Assembly (NCBI GenBank): GCA_964016885.1
Contig: OZ024743.1
Coordinates: 211,048,001 to 211,112,000 of the forward strand
Direction of reading: 5' to 3'
From: Eledone cirrhosa
Lineage: Eukaryota
DNA: 64,000 nt
A model generated the notes under the pieces. It was given only the letters and a program-made list of their open reading frames with translations, made no database searches and had not been told where the DNA came from. This document shows, piece by piece, positions 1-15,000 of this stretch (positions are counted from its first letter, which is position 1; each line of letters starts with the position of its first letter). A program made the translations under genes and the position numbers.

Positions 1-3000
1 GAGTCAGAGATTCCAAGAATACAGTGACCAGGGTAATTAGCAGTGGAGTCAGGGATTCCAAGAATACAGTGACCAGGGTAATTAGCAGTGGAGTCAGGGA
101 TTCCAAGAATACAGTGACCAGGGTAATTAGCAGTGGAGTCAGGGATTCCAAGAATACATGACCAGGGTAATTAGCAGTGGAGACAGGGATTCCAAGAATA
201 CAGTGAGCAGGGTAATTAGCAGTGGAGTCAGGGATTCCAAGAATACAGTGACCAGGGTAATTAGCAGTGGAGTCAGAGATTCCAAGAAAACAGTGACCAG
301 GGTAATTAGCAGTGGAGTCAGGTATTCCAAGAATACAGTGAGCAGGGTAATTAGCAGTGGAGTCAGGGATTCCAAGAATACAGTGACCAGGGTAATTAGC
401 AGTGGAGTCAGGGATTCCAAGAATACAGTGACCAGGGTAATTAGCAGTGGAGTCAGGGATTGCAAGAATACAGTGACCAGGGTAATTAGCAGTGGAGTCA
501 GGGATTCCAAGAATACAGTGAGCAGGGTAATTAGCAGTGGAGACAGGGATTCCAAGAATACAGTGACCAGGGTAATTAGCAGTGGAGTCAGGGATTCTAA
601 GAATACAGTGAGCAGGGTAATTAGCAGTGGAGTCAGGGATTCCAAAAATACAGTGAGCAGGGTAATTAGCAGTGGAGTCAGGGATTCCAAGAATACAGTG
701 ACCAGGGTAATTAGCAGTGGAATCAGGGATTCCAAGAATACAGTGACCAGGGTAATTAGCAGTGGAGACAGGAATTCCAAGAATACAGTGAGCAGGGTAA
801 TTAGCAGTGGCGTCAGGGATTCCAAGAATACAGTGACCAGGGTAATTAGCAGTGGAGTCAGAGATTCCAAGAATACAGTGACCAGGGTAATTAGCAGTGG
901 AGTCAGGGATTCCAAGAATACAGTGACCAGGGTAATTAGCAGTGGAGTCAGGGATTCCAAGAATACAGTGACCAGGGTAATTAGCAGTGGAGTCAGGGAT
1001 TCCAAGAATACAGTGACCAGGGTAATTAGCAGTGGAGTCAGGGATTCCAAAAATACAGTGACCAGGGTAATTAGCAGTGGAGTCAGAGATTCCAAGAATA
1101 CAGTGACCAGGGTAATTAGCAGTGGAGTCAGGGATTCCAAGATTACAGTGACCAGGGTAATTAGCAGTGGAGTCAGGGATTCCAAGAATACAGTGACCAG
1201 GGTAATTAGCAGTGGAGTCAGGGATTCCAAAAATACAGTGACCAGGGTAATTAGCAGTGGAGTCAGAGATTCCAAGAATACAGTGACCAGGGTAATTAGC
1301 AGTGGAGTCAGGGATTCCAAGAATACAGTGACCAGGGTAATTAGCAGTGGAGTCAGGGATTCCAAGAATACAGTGACCAGGGTAATTAGCAGTGGAGTCA
1401 GGGATTCCAAGAATACAGTGACCAGGGTAATTAGCAGTGGAGTCAGGGATTCCAAGAATACAGTGACCAGGGTAATTAGCAGTGGAGTCAGGGATTCCAA
1501 AAATACAGTGACCAGGGTAATTAGCAGTGGAGTCAGGGATTCCAAAAATACAGTGAGCAGGGTAATTAGCAGTGGAGTCAGGGATTCCAAGAATACAGTG
1601 ACCAGGGTAATTAGCAGTGGAGTCAGGGATTCCAAGAATACAGTGAGCAGGGTAATTAGCAGTGGAGTCAGGGATTCCAAGAATACAGTGACCAGGGTAA
1701 TTAGCAGTGGAGTCAGGGATTCCAAGAATACAGTGACCAGGGTAATTAGCAGTGGAGTCAGGGATTCCAAGAATACAGTGACCAGGGTAATTAGCAGTGG
1801 AGTCAGGGATTCCAAGAATACAGTGAGCAGGGTAATTAGCAGTGGAGTCAGGGATTCCAAGAATACAGTGACCAGGGTAATTAGCAGTGGAGTCAGGGAT
1901 TCCAAAAATACAGTGACCAGGGTAATTAGCAGTGGAGTCAGGGATTCCAAAAATACAGTGAGCAGGGTAATTAGCAGTGGAGTCAGGGATTCCAAGAATA
2001 CAGTGACCAGGGTAATTAGCAGTGGAGTCAGAGATTCCAAGAATACAGTGACCAGGGTAATTAGCAGTGGAGTCAGGGATTCCAAGCATACAGTGACCAG
2101 GGTAATTAGCAGTGGAGTCAGGGATTCCAAGAATACAGTGACCAGGGTAATTAGCAGTGGAGTCAGGGATTCCAAAAATACAGTGAGCAGGGTAATTAGC
2201 AGTGGAGTCAGGGATTCCAAGAATACAGTGACCAGGGTAATTAGCAGTGGAGTCAGGGATTCCAAGAATACAGTGACCAGGGTAATTAGCAGTGGAGTCA
2301 GGGATTCCAAGAACACAGTGAGCAGGGTAATTAGCAGTGGAGTCAGGGATTCCAAGAATACAGTGACCAGGGTAATTAGCAGTGGAGTCAGGGATTCCAA
2401 GAATAAAGTGACCAGGGTAATTAGCAGTGGAGTCAGGGATTCCAAGAATACAGTGACCAGGGTAATTAGCAGTGGAGTCAGGGATTCCAAGAATACAGTG
2501 ACCAGGGTAATTAGCAGTGGAGTCAGGGATTCCAAGAATACAGTGAGCAGGGTAATTAGCAGTGGAGTCAGGGATTCCAAAAATACAGTGAGCAGGGTAA
2601 TTAGCAGTGGAGTCAGGGATTCCAAGAATACAGTGACCAGGGTAATTAGCAGTGGAGACAGAGATTCCAAAAATACAGTGAGCAGGGTAATTAGCAGTGG
2701 AGTCAGGGATTCCAAGAATACAGTGACCAGGGTAATTAGCAGTGGAGACAGGGATTCCAAGAACACAGTGACCAGGGTAATTAGCAGTGGAGACAGGGAT
2801 TCCAAGAATACAGTGACCAGGGTAATTAGCAGTGGAGACAGAGATTCCAAAAATACAGTGAGCAGGGTAATTAGCAGTGGAGTCAGGGATTCCAAGAATA
2901 CAGTGACCAGGGTAATTAGCAGTGGAGTCAGAGATTCCAAAAATACAGTGACCAGGGTAATTAGCAGTGGAGTCAGAGATTCCAAAAATACAGTGAGCAG

Positions 3001-6000
3001 GGTAATTAGCAGTGAAGTCAGGGATTCCAAGAATACAGTGAGCAGGGTAACTAGCAATGGAGACAGGGATTCCAAGAATACAGTGACCAGGGTAATTAGC
3101 AGTGGAGTCAGGGATTCCAAGAATACAGTGACCAGGGTAATTAGCAGTGGAGTCAGGGATTCCAAGAATACAGTGACCAGGGAAATTAGCAGTGGAGTCA
3201 GGGATTCCAAGAATACAGTGACCAGGGTAATTAGCAGTGGAGTCAGGGATTCCAAGAATACAGTGACCAGGGTAATTAGCAGTGGAGTCAGGGATTCCAA
3301 AAATACAGTGAGCAGGGTAATTAGCAGTGGAGTCAGGGATTCCAAGAATACAGTGACCAGGGTAATTAGCAGTGGAGTCAGGGATTCCAAGAATACAGTG
3401 ACCAGGGTAATTAGCAGTGGAGTCAGGGATTCCAAGAATACAGTGACCAGGGTAATTAGCAGTGGAGACAGGGATTCCAAGAATACAGTGACCAGGGTAA
3501 TTAGCAGTGGAGTCAGAGATTCCAAGAATACAGTGACCAGGGTAATTAGCAGTGGAGTCAGGGATTCCAAGAATACAGTGACCAGGGTAATTAGCAGTGG
3601 AGTCAGGGATTCCAAGAATACAGTGACCAGGGTAATTAGCAGTGGAGTCAGGGATTCCAAGAATACATGACCAGGGTAATTAGCAGTGGAGACAGGGATT
3701 CCAAGAATACAGTGAGCAGGGTAATTAGCAGTGGAGTCAGGGATTCCAAGAATACAGTGACCAGGGTAATTAGCAGTGGAGTCAGAGATTCCAAGAAAAC
3801 AGTGACCAGGGTAATTAGCAGTGGAGTCAGGTATTCCAAGAATACAGTGAGCAGGGTAATTAGCAGTGGAGTCAGGGATTCCAAGAATACAGTGACCAGG
3901 GTAATTAGCAGTGGAGTCAGGGATTCCAAGAATACAGTGACCAGGGTAATTAGCAGTGGAGTCAGGGATTGCAAGAATACAGTGACCAGGGTAATTAGCA
4001 GTGGAGTCAGGGATTCCAAGAATACAGTGAGCAGGGTAATTAGCAGTGGAGACAGGGATTCCAAGAATACAGTGACCAGGGTAATTAGCAGTGGAGTCAG
4101 GGATTCTAAGAATACAGTGAGCAGGGTAATTAGCAGTGGAGTCAGGGATTCCAAAAATACAGTGAGCAGGGTAATTAGCAGTGGAGTCAGGGATTCCAAG
4201 AATACAGTGACCAGGGTAATTAGCAGTGGAATCAGGGATTCCAAGAATACAGTGACCAGGGTAATTAGCAGTGGAGACAGGAATTCCAAGAATACAGTGA
4301 GCAGGGTAATTAGCAGTGGCGTCAGGGATTCCAAGAATACAGTGACCAGGGTAATTAGCAGTGGAGTCAGAGATTCCAAGAATACAGTGACCAGGGTAAT
4401 TAGCAGTGGAGTCAGGGATTCCAAGAATACAGTGACCAGGGTAATTAGCAGTGGAGTCAGGGATTCCAAGAATACAGTGACCAGGGTAATTAGCAGTGGA
4501 GTCAGGGATTCCAAGAATACAGTGACCAGGGTAATTAGCAGTGGAGTCAGGGATTCCAAAAATACAGTGACCAGGGTAATTAGCAGTGGAGTCAGAGATT
4601 CCAAGAATACAGTGACCAGGGTAATTAGCAGTGGAGTCAGGGATTCCAAGAATACAGTGACCAGGGTAATTAGCAGTGGAGTCAGGGATTCCAAGAATAC
4701 AGTGACCAGGGTAATTAGCAGTGGAGTCAGGGATTCCAAGAATACAGTGACCAGGGTAATTAGCAGTGGAGTCAGGGATTCCAAGAATACAGTGACCAGG
4801 GTAATTAGCAGTGGAGTCAGGGATTCCAAAAATACAGTGACCAGGGTAATTAGCAGTGGAGTCAGGGATTCCAAAAATACAGTGAGCAGGGTAATTAGCA
4901 GTGGAGTCAGGGATTCCAAGAATACAGTGACCAGGGTAATTAGCAGTGGAGTCAGGGATTCCAAGAATACAGTGAGCAGGGTAATTAGCAGTGGAGTCAG
5001 GGATTCCAAGAATACAGTGACCAGGGTAATTAGCAGTGGAGTCAGGGATTCCAAGAATACAGTGACCAGGGTAATTAGCAGTGGAGTCAGGGATTCCAAG
5101 AATACAGTGACCAGGGTAATTAGCAGTGGAGTCAGGGATTCCAAGAATACAGTGAGCAGGGTAATTAGCAGTGGAGTCAGGGATTCCAAGAATACAGTGA
5201 CCAGGGTAATTAGCAGTGGAGTCAGGGATTCCAAAAATACAGTGACCAGGGTAATTAGCAGTGGAGTCAGGGATTCCAAAAATACAGTGAGCAGGGTAAT
5301 TAGCAGTGGAGTCAGGGATTCCAAGAATACAGTGACCAGGGTAATTAGCAGTGGAGTCAGAGATTCCAAGAATACAGTGACCAGGGTAATTAGCAGTGGA
5401 GTCAGGGATTCCAAGCATACAGTGACCAGGGTAATTAGCAGTGGAGTCAGGGATTCCAAGAATACAGTGACCAGGGTAATTAGCAGTGGAGTCAGGGATT
5501 CCAAAAATACAGTGAGCAGGGTAATTAGCAGTGGAGTCAGGGATTCCAAGAATACAGTGACCAGGGTAATTAGCAGTGGAGTCAGGGATTCCAAGAATAC
5601 AGTGACCAGGGTAATTAGCAGTGGAGTCAGGGATTCCAAGAACACAGTGAGCAGGGTAATTAGCAGTGGAGTCAGGGATTCCAAGAATACAGTGACCAGG
5701 GTAATTAGCAGTGGAGTCAGGGATTCCAAGAATAAAGTGACCAGGGTAATTAGCAGTGGAGTCAGGGATTCCAAGAATACAGTGACCAGGGTAATTAGCA
5801 GTGGAGTCAGGGATTCCAAGAATACAGTGACCAGGGTAATTAGCAGTGGAGTCAGGGATTCCAAGAATACAGTGAGCAGGGTAATTAGCAGTGGAGTCAG
5901 GGATTCCAAAAATACAGTGAGCAGGGTAATTAGCAGTGGAGTCAGGGATTCCAAGAATACAGTGACCAGGGTAATTAGCAGTGGAGACAGAGATTCCAAA

Positions 6001-9000
6001 AATACAGTGAGCAGGGTAATTAGCAGTGGAGTCAGGGATTCCAAGAATACAGTGACCAGGGTAATTAGCAGTGGAGACAGGGATTCCAAGAACACAGTGA
6101 CCAGGGTAATTAGCAGTGGAGACAGGGATTCCAAGAATACAGTGACCAGGGTAATTAGCAGTGGAGACAGAGATTCCAAAAATACAGTGAGCAGGGTAAT
6201 TAGCAGTGGAGTCAGGGATTCCAAGAATACAGTGACCAGGGTAATTAGCAGTGGAGTCAGAGATTCCAAAAATACAGTGACCAGGGTAATTAGCAGTGGA
6301 GTCAGAGATTCCAAAAATACAGTGAGCAGGGTAATTAGCAGTGAAGTCAGGGATTCCAAGAATACAGTGAGCAGGGTAACTAGCAATGGAGACAGGGATT
6401 CCAAGAATACAGTGACCAGGGTAATTAGCAGTGGAGTCAGGGATTCCAAGAATACAGTGACCAGGGTAATTAGCAGTGGAGTCAGGGATTCCAAGAATAC
6501 AGTGACCAGGGAAATTAGCAGTGGAGTCAGGGATTCCAAGAATACAGTGACCAGGGTAATTAGCAGTGGAGTCAGGGATTCCAAGAATACAGTGAGCAGG
6601 GTAATTAGCAGTGGAGTCAGGGATTCCAAAAATACAGTGAGCAGGGTAATTAGCAGTGGAGTCAGGGATTCCAAGAATACAGTGACCAGGGTAATTAGCA
6701 GTGGAGTCAGGGATTCCAAGAATACAGTGACCAGGGTAATTAGCAGTGGAGTCAGGGATTCCAAGAATACAGTGAGCAGGGTAATTAGCAGTGGAGTCAG
6801 GGATTCCAAGAATACAGTGACAAGGGTAATTAGCAGTGGAGTCAGGGATTCCAAGAATAAAGTGACCAGGGTAATTAGCAGTGGAGTCAGGGATTCCAAG
6901 AATACAGTGACCAGGGTAATTAGCAGTGGAGTCAGGGATTCCAAGAATACAGTGACCAGGGTAATTAGCAGTGGAGTCAGGGATTCCAAGAATACAGTGA
7001 GCAGGGTAATTAGCAGTGGAGTCAGGGATTCCAAAAATACAGTGAGCAGGGTAATTAGCAGTGGAGTCAGGGATTCCAAGAATACAGTGACCAGGGTAAT
7101 TAGCAGTGGAGACAGAGATTCCAAAAATACAGTGACCAGGGTAATTAGCAGTGGAGTCAGAGATTCCAAAAATACAGTGAGCAGGGTAATTAGCAGTGGA
7201 GTCAGAGATTCCAAGAATACAGTGAGCAGGGTAATTAGCAGTGAAGTCAGGGATTCCAAGAATACAGTGAGCAGGGTAACTAGCAGTGGAGACAGGTATT
7301 CCAAGAATACAGTGACCAGGGTAATTAGCAGTGGAGTCAGGGATTCCAAGAATACAGTGACCAGGGTAATTAGCAGTGGAATCAGGGATTCCAAGAATAC
7401 AGTGACCAGGGTAATTAGCAGTGGAGACAGGAATTCCAAGAATACAGTGAGCAGGGTAATTAGCAGTGGCGTCAGGGATTCCAAGAATACAGTGACCAGG
7501 GTAATTAGCAGTGGAGTCAGAGATTCCAAGAATACAGTGACCAGGGTAATTAGCAGTGGAGTCAGGGATTCCAAGAATACAGTGACCAGGGTAATTAGCA
7601 GTGGAGTCAGGGATTCCAAGAATACAGTGACCAGGGTAATTAGCAGTGGAGTCAGGGATTCCAAGAATACAGTGACCAGGGTAATTAGCAGTGGAGTCAG
7701 GGATTCCAAAAATACAGTGACCAGGGTAATTAGCAGTGGAGTCAGAGATTCCAAGAATACAGTGACCAGGGTAATTAGCAGTGGAGTCAGGGATTCCAAG
7801 AATACAGTGACCAGGGTAATTAGCAGTGGAGTCAGGGATTCCAAGAATACAGTGACCAGGGTAATTAGCAGTGGAGTCAGGGATTCCAAGAATACAGTGA
7901 CCAGGGTAATTAGCAGTGGAGTCAGGGATTCCAAAAATACAGTGACCAGGGTAATTAGCAGTGGAGTCAGAGATTCCAAGAATACAGTGACCAGGGTAAT
8001 TAGCAGTGGAGTCAGGGATTCCAAGAATACAGTGACCAGGGTAATTAGCAGTGGAGTCAGAGATTCCAAGAATACAGTGACCAGGGTAATTAGCAGTGGA
8101 GTCAGGGATACCAAGAATACAGTGACCAGGGTAATTAGCAGTGGAGTCAGGGATTCCAAGAATACAGTGACCAGGGTAATTAGCAGTGGAGTCAGGGATT
8201 CCAAAAATACAGTGACCAGGGTAATTAGCAGTGGAGTCAGGGATTCCAAGAATACAGTGAGCAGGCTAATTAGCAGTGGAGTTAGGGATTCCAAGAATAC
8301 AGTGAGCAGGGTAATTAGCAGTGGAGTCAGGGATTCCAAGAATACAGTGACCAGGGTAATTAGCAGTGGAGTCAGGGATTCCAAGAATACAGTGACCAGG
8401 GTAATTAGCAGTGGAGTCAGGGATTCCAAAAATACAGTGACCAGGGTAATTAGCAGTGGAGTCAGGGATTCCACAAATACAGTGAGCAGGGTAATTAGCA
8501 GTGGAGTCAGGGATTCCAAGAATACAGTGACCAGGGTAATTAGCAGTGGAGTCAGGGATTCCAAGAATACAGTGAGCAGGGTAATTAGCAGTGGAGTCAG
8601 GGATTCCAAGAATACAGTGACCAGGGTAATTAGCAGTGGAGTCAGGGATTCCAAGAATACAGTGACCAGGGTAATTAGTAGTGGAGTCAGGGATTCCAAG
8701 AATACAGTGACCAGGGTAATTAGCAGTGGAGTCAGGGATTCCAAGAATAAAGTGACCAGGGTAATTAGCAGTGGAGTCAGGGATTCCAAGAATACAGTGA
8801 CCAGGGTAATTAGCAGTGGAGTCAGGGATTCCAAGAATACAGTGAGCAGGGTAATTAGCAGTGGAGTCAGGGATTCCAAAAATACAGTGAGCAGGGTAAT
8901 TAGCAGTGGAGTCAGGGATTCCAAGAATACAGTGACCAGGGTAATTAGCAGTGGAGACAGAGATTCCAAAAATACAGTGACCAGGGTAATTAGCAGTGGA

Positions 9001-12000
9001 GTCAGAGATTCCAAAAATACAGTGAGCAGGGTAATTAGCAGTGGAGTCAGAGATTCCAAGAATACAGTGAGCAGGGTAATTAGCAGTGAAGTCAGGGATT
9101 CCAAGAATACAGTGAGCAGGGTAACTAGCAGTGGAGACAGGTATTCCAAGAATACAGTGACCAGGGTAATTAGCAGTGGAGTCAGGGATTCCAAGAATAC
9201 AGTGACCAGGGTAATTAGCAGTGGAATCAGGGATTCCAAGAATACAGTGACCAGGGTAATTAGCAGTGGAGTCAGGAATTCCAAGAATACAGTGAGCAGG
9301 GTAATTAGCAGTGGCGTCAGGGATTCCAAGAATACAGTGACCAGGGTAATTAGCAGTGGAGTCAGAGATTCCAAGAATACAGTGACCAGGGTAATTAGCA
9401 GTGGAGTCAGGGATTCCAAGAATACAGTGACCAGGGTAATTAGCAGTGGAGTCAGGGATTCCAAGAATACAGTGACCAGGGTAATTAGCAGTGGAGTCAG
9501 GGATTCCAAGAATACAGTGACCAGGGTAATTAGCAGTGGAGTCAGGGATTCCAAAAATACAGTGACCAGGGTAATTAGCAGTGGAGTCAGAGATTCCAAG
9601 AATACAGTGACCAGGGTAATTAGCAGTGGAGTCAGGGATTCCAAGAATACAGTGACCAGGGTAATTAGCAGTGGAGTCAGAGATTCCAAGAATACAGTGA
9701 CCAGGGTAATTAGCAGTGGAGTCAGGGATACCAAGAATACAGTGACCAGGGTAATTAGCAGTGGAGTCAGGGATTCCAAGAATACAGTGACCAGGGTAAT
9801 TAGCAGTGGAGTCAGGGATTCCAAAAATACAGTGACCAGGGTAATTAGCAGTGGAGTCAGGGATTCCAAGAATACAGTGAGCAGGCTAATTAGCAGTGGA
9901 GTTAGGGATTCCAAGAATACAGTGAGCAGGGTAATTAGCAGTGGAGTCAGGGATTCCAAGAATACAGTGACCAGGGTAATTAGCAGTGGAGTCAGGGATT
10001 CCAAGAATACAGTGACCAGGGTAATTAGCAGTGGAGTCAGGGATTCCAAAAATACAGTGACCAGGGTAATTAGCAGTGGAGTCAGGGATTCCAAAAATAC
10101 AGTGAGCAGGGTAATTAGCAGTGGAGTCAGGGATTCCAAGAATACAGTGACCAGGGTAATTAGCAGTGGAGTCAGGGATTCCAAGAATACAGTGAGCAGG
10201 GTAATTAGCAGTGGAGTCAGGGATTCCAAGAATACAGTGACCAGGGTAATTAGCAGTGGAGTCAGGGATTCCAAGAATACAGTGACCAGGGTAATTAGTA
10301 GTGGAGTCAGGGATTCCAAGAATACAGTGACCAGGGTAATTAGCAGTGGAGTCAGGGATTCCAAGAATAAAGTGACCAGGGTAATTAGCAGTGGAGTCAG
10401 GGATTCCAAGAATACAGTGACCAGGGTAATTAGCAGTGGAGTCAGGGATTCCAAGAATACAGTGACCAGGGTAATTAGCAGTGGAGTCAGGGATTCCAAG
10501 AATACAGTGAGCAGGGTAATTAGCAGTGGAGTCAGGGATTCCAAAAATACAGTGAGCAGGGTAATTAGCAGTGGAGTCAGGGATTCCAAGAATACAGTGA
10601 CCAGGGTAATTAGCAGTGGAGACAGAGATTCCAAAAATACAGTGAGCAGGGTAATTAGCAGTGGAGTCAGGGATTCCAAGAATACAGTGACCAGGGTAAT
10701 TAGCAGTGGAGACAGGGATTCCAAGAATACAGTGACCAGGGTAATTAGCAGTGGAGACAGGGATTCCAAGAATACAGTGACCAGGGTAATTAGCAGTGGA
10801 GACAGAGATTCCAAAAATACAGTGAGCAGGGTAATTAGCAGTGGAGTCAGGGATTCCAAGAATACAGTGACCAGGGTAATTAGCAGTGGAGTCAGAGATT
10901 CCAAAAATACAGTGACCAGGGTAATTAGCAGTGGAGTCAGAGATTCCAAAAATACAGTGAGCAGGGTAATTAGCAGTGAAGTCAGGGATTCCAAGAATAC
11001 AGTGAGCAGGGTAACTAGCAATGGAGACAGGGATTCCAAGAATACAGTGACCAGGGTAATTAGCAGTGGAGTCAGGGATTCCAAGAATACAGTGACCAGG
11101 GTAATTAGCAGTGGAGTCAGGGATTCCAAGAATACAGTGACCAGGGAAATTAGCAGTGGAGTCAGGGATTCCAAGAATACAGTGACCAGGGTAATTAGCA
11201 GTGGAGTCAGGGATTCCAAGAATACAGTGAGCAGGGTAATTAGCAGTGGAGTCAGGGATTCCAAAAATACAGTGAGCAGGGTAATTAGCAGTGGAGTCAG
11301 GGATTCCAAGAATACAGTGACCAGGGTAATTAGCAGTGGAGTCAGGGATTCCAAGAATACAGTGACCAGGGTAATTAGCAGTGGAGTCAGGGATTCCAAG
11401 AATACAGTGAGCAGGGTAATTAGCAGTGGAGTCAGGGATTCCAAGAATACAGTGACCAGGGTAATTAGCAGTGGAGTCAGGGATTCCAAGAATAAAGTGA
11501 CCAGGGTAATTAGCAGTGGAGTCAGGGATTCCAAGAATACAGTGACCAGGGTAATTAGCAGTAGAGTCAGGGATTCCAAGAATACAGTGACCAGGGTAAT
11601 TAGCAGTGGAGTCAGGGATTCCAAGAATACAGTGAGCAGGGTAATTAGCAGTGGAGTCAGGGATTCCAAAAATACAGTGAGCAGGGTAATTAGCAGTGGA
11701 GTCAGGGATTCCAAGAATACAGTGACCAGGGTAATTAGCAGTGGAGACAGAGATTCCAAAAATACAGTGACCAGGGTAATTAGCAGTGGAGTCAGAGATT
11801 CCAAAAATACAGTGAGCAGGGTAATTAGCAGTGGAGTCAGAGATTCCAAGAATACAGTGAGCAGGGTAATTAGCAGTGAAGTCAGGGATTCCAAGAATAC
11901 AGTGAGCAGGGTAACTAGCAGTGGAGACAGGTATTCCAAGAATACAGTGACCAGGGTAATTAGCAGTGGAGTCAGGGATTCCAAGAATACAGTGACCAGG

Positions 12001-15000
12001 GTAATTAGCAGTGGAATCAGGGATTCCAAGAATACAGTGACCAGGGTAATTAGCAGTGGAGACAGGAATTCCAAGAATACAGTGAGCAGGGTAATTAGCA
12101 GTGGCGTCAGGGATTCCAAGAATACAGTGACCAGGGTAATTAGCAGTGGAGTCAGAGATTCCAAGAATACAGTGACCAGGGTAATTAGCAGTGGAGTCAG
12201 GGATTCCAAGAATACAGTGACCAGGGTAATTAGCAGTGGAGTCAGGGATTCCAAGAATACAGTGACCAGGGTAATTAGCAGTGGAGTCAGGGATTCCAAG
12301 AATACAGTGACCAGGGTAATTAGCAGTGGAGTCAGGGATTCCAAAAATACAGTGACCAGGGTAATTAGCAGTGGAGTCAGAGATTCCAAGAATACAGTGA
12401 CCAGGGTAATTAGCAGTGGAGTCAGGGATTCCAAGAATACAGTGACCAGGGTAATTAGCAGTGGAGTCAGGGATTCCAAGAATACAGTGACCAGGGTAAT
12501 TAGCAGTGGAGTCAGGGATTCCAAAAATACAGTGACCAGGGTAATTAGCAGTGGAGTCAGAGATTCCAAGAATACAGTGACCAGGGTAATTAGCAGTGGA
12601 GTCAGGGATTCCAAGAATACAGTGACCAGGGTAATTAGCAGTGGAGTCAGAGATTCCAAGAATACAGTGACCAGGGTAATTAGCAGTGGAGTCAGGGATA
12701 CCAAGAATACAGTGACCAGGGTAATTAGCAGTGGAGTCAGGGATTCCAAGAATACAGTGACCAGGGTAATTAGCAGTGGAGTCAGGGATTCCAAAAATAC
12801 AGTGACCAGGGTAATTAGCAGTGGAGTCAGGGATTCCAAGAATACAGTGAGCAGGCTAATTAGCAGTGGAGTTAGGGATTCCAAGAATACAGTGAGCAGG
12901 GTAATTAGCAGTGGAGTCAGGGATTCCAAGAATACAGTGACCAGGGTAATTAGCAGTGGAGTCAGGGATTCCAAGAATACAGTGACCAGGGTAATTAGCA
13001 GTGGAGTCAGGGATTCCAAAAATACAGTGACCAGGGTAATTAGCAGTGGAGTCAGGGATTCCAAAAATACAGTGAGCAGGGTAATTAGCAGTGGAGTCAG
13101 GGATTCCAAGAATACAGTGACCAGGGTAATTAGCAGTGGAGTCAGGGATTCCAAGAATACAGTGAGCAGGGTAATTAGCAGTGGAGTCAGGGATTCCAAG
13201 AATACAGTGACCAGGGTAATTAGCAGTGGAGTCAGGGATTCCAAGAATACAGTGACCAGGGTAATTAGTAGTGGAGTCAGGGATTCCAAGAATACAGTGA
13301 CCAGGGTAATTAGCAGTGGAGTCAGGGATTCCAAGAATACAGTGAGCAGGGTAATTAGCAGTGGAGTCAGGGATTCCAAGAATACAGTGACCAGGGTAAT
13401 TAGCAGTGGAGTCAGGGATTCCAAAAATACAGTGACCAGGGTAATTAGCAGTGGAGTCAGGGATTCCAAAAATACAGTGAGCAGGGTAATTAGCAGTGGA
13501 GTCAGGGATTCCAAGAATACAGTGACCAGGGTAATTAGCAGTGGAGTCAGAGATTCCAAAAATACAGTGACCAGGGTAATTAGCAGTGGAGTCAGAGATT
13601 CCAAAAATACAGTGAGCAGGGTAATTAGCAGTGAAGTCAGGGATTCCAAGAATACAGTGAGCAGGGTAACTAGCAATGGAGACAGGGATTCCAAGAATAC
13701 AGTGACCAGGGTAATTAGCAGTGGAGTCAGGGATTCCAAGAATACAGTGACCAGGGTAATTAGCAGTGGAGTCAGGGATTCCAAGAATACAGTGACCAGG
13801 GAAATTAGCAGTGGAGTCAGGGATTCCAAGAATACAGTGACCAGGGTAATTAGCAGTGGAGTCAGGGATTCCAAGAATACAGTGAGCAGGGTAATTAGCA
13901 GTGGAGTCAGGGATTCCAAAAATACAGTGAGCAGGGTAATTAGCAGTGGAGTCAGGGATTCCAAGAATACAGTGACCAGGGTAATTAGCAGTGGAGTCAG
14001 GGATTCCAAGAATACAGTGACCAGGGTAATTAGCAGTGGAGTCAGGGATTCCAAGAATACAGTGAGCAGGGTAATTAGCAGTGGAGTCAGGGATTCCAAG
14101 AATACAGTGACCAGGGTAATTAGCAGTGGAGTCAGGGATTCCAAGAATACAGTGACCAGGGTAATTAGCAGTGGAGTCAGGGATTCCAAGAATACAGTGA
14201 GCAGGGTAATTAGCAGTGGAGTCAGGGATTCCAAAAATACAGTGAGCAGGGTAATTAGCAGTGGAGTCAGGGATTCCAAGAATACAGTGACCAGGGTAAT
14301 TAGCAGTGGAGACAGAGATTCCAAAAATACAGTGACCAGGGTAATTAGCAGTGGAGTCAGAGATTCCAAAAATACAGTGAGCAGGGTAATTAGCAGTGGA
14401 GTCAGAGATTCCAAGAATACAGTGAGCAGGGTAATTAGCAGTGAAGTCAGGGATTCCAAGAATACAGTGAGCAGGGTAACTAGCAGTGGAGACAGGTATT
14501 CCAAGAATACAGTGACCAGGGTAATTAGCAGTGGAGTCAGGGATTCCAAGAATACAGTGACCAGGGTAATTAGCAGTGGAATCAGGGATTCCAAGAATAC
14601 AGTGACCAGGGTAATTAGCAGTGGAGACAGGAATTCCAAGAATACAGTGAGCAGGGTAATTAGCAGTGGCGTCAGGGATTCCAAGAATACAGTGACCAGG
14701 GTAATTAGCAGTGGAGTCAGAGATTCCAAGAATACAGTGACCAGGGTAATTAGCAGTGGAGTCAGGGATTCCAAGAATACAGTGACCAGGGTAATTAGCA
14801 GTGGAGTCAGGGATTCCAAGAATACAGTGACCAGGGTAATTAGCAGTGGAGTCAGGGATTCCAAGAATATAGTGACCAGGGTAATTAGCAGTGGAGTCAG
14901 GGATTCCAAAAATACAGTGACCAGGGTAATTAGCAGTGGAGTCAGAGATTCCAAGAATACAGTGACCAGGGTAATTAGCAGTGGAGTCAGGGATTCCAAG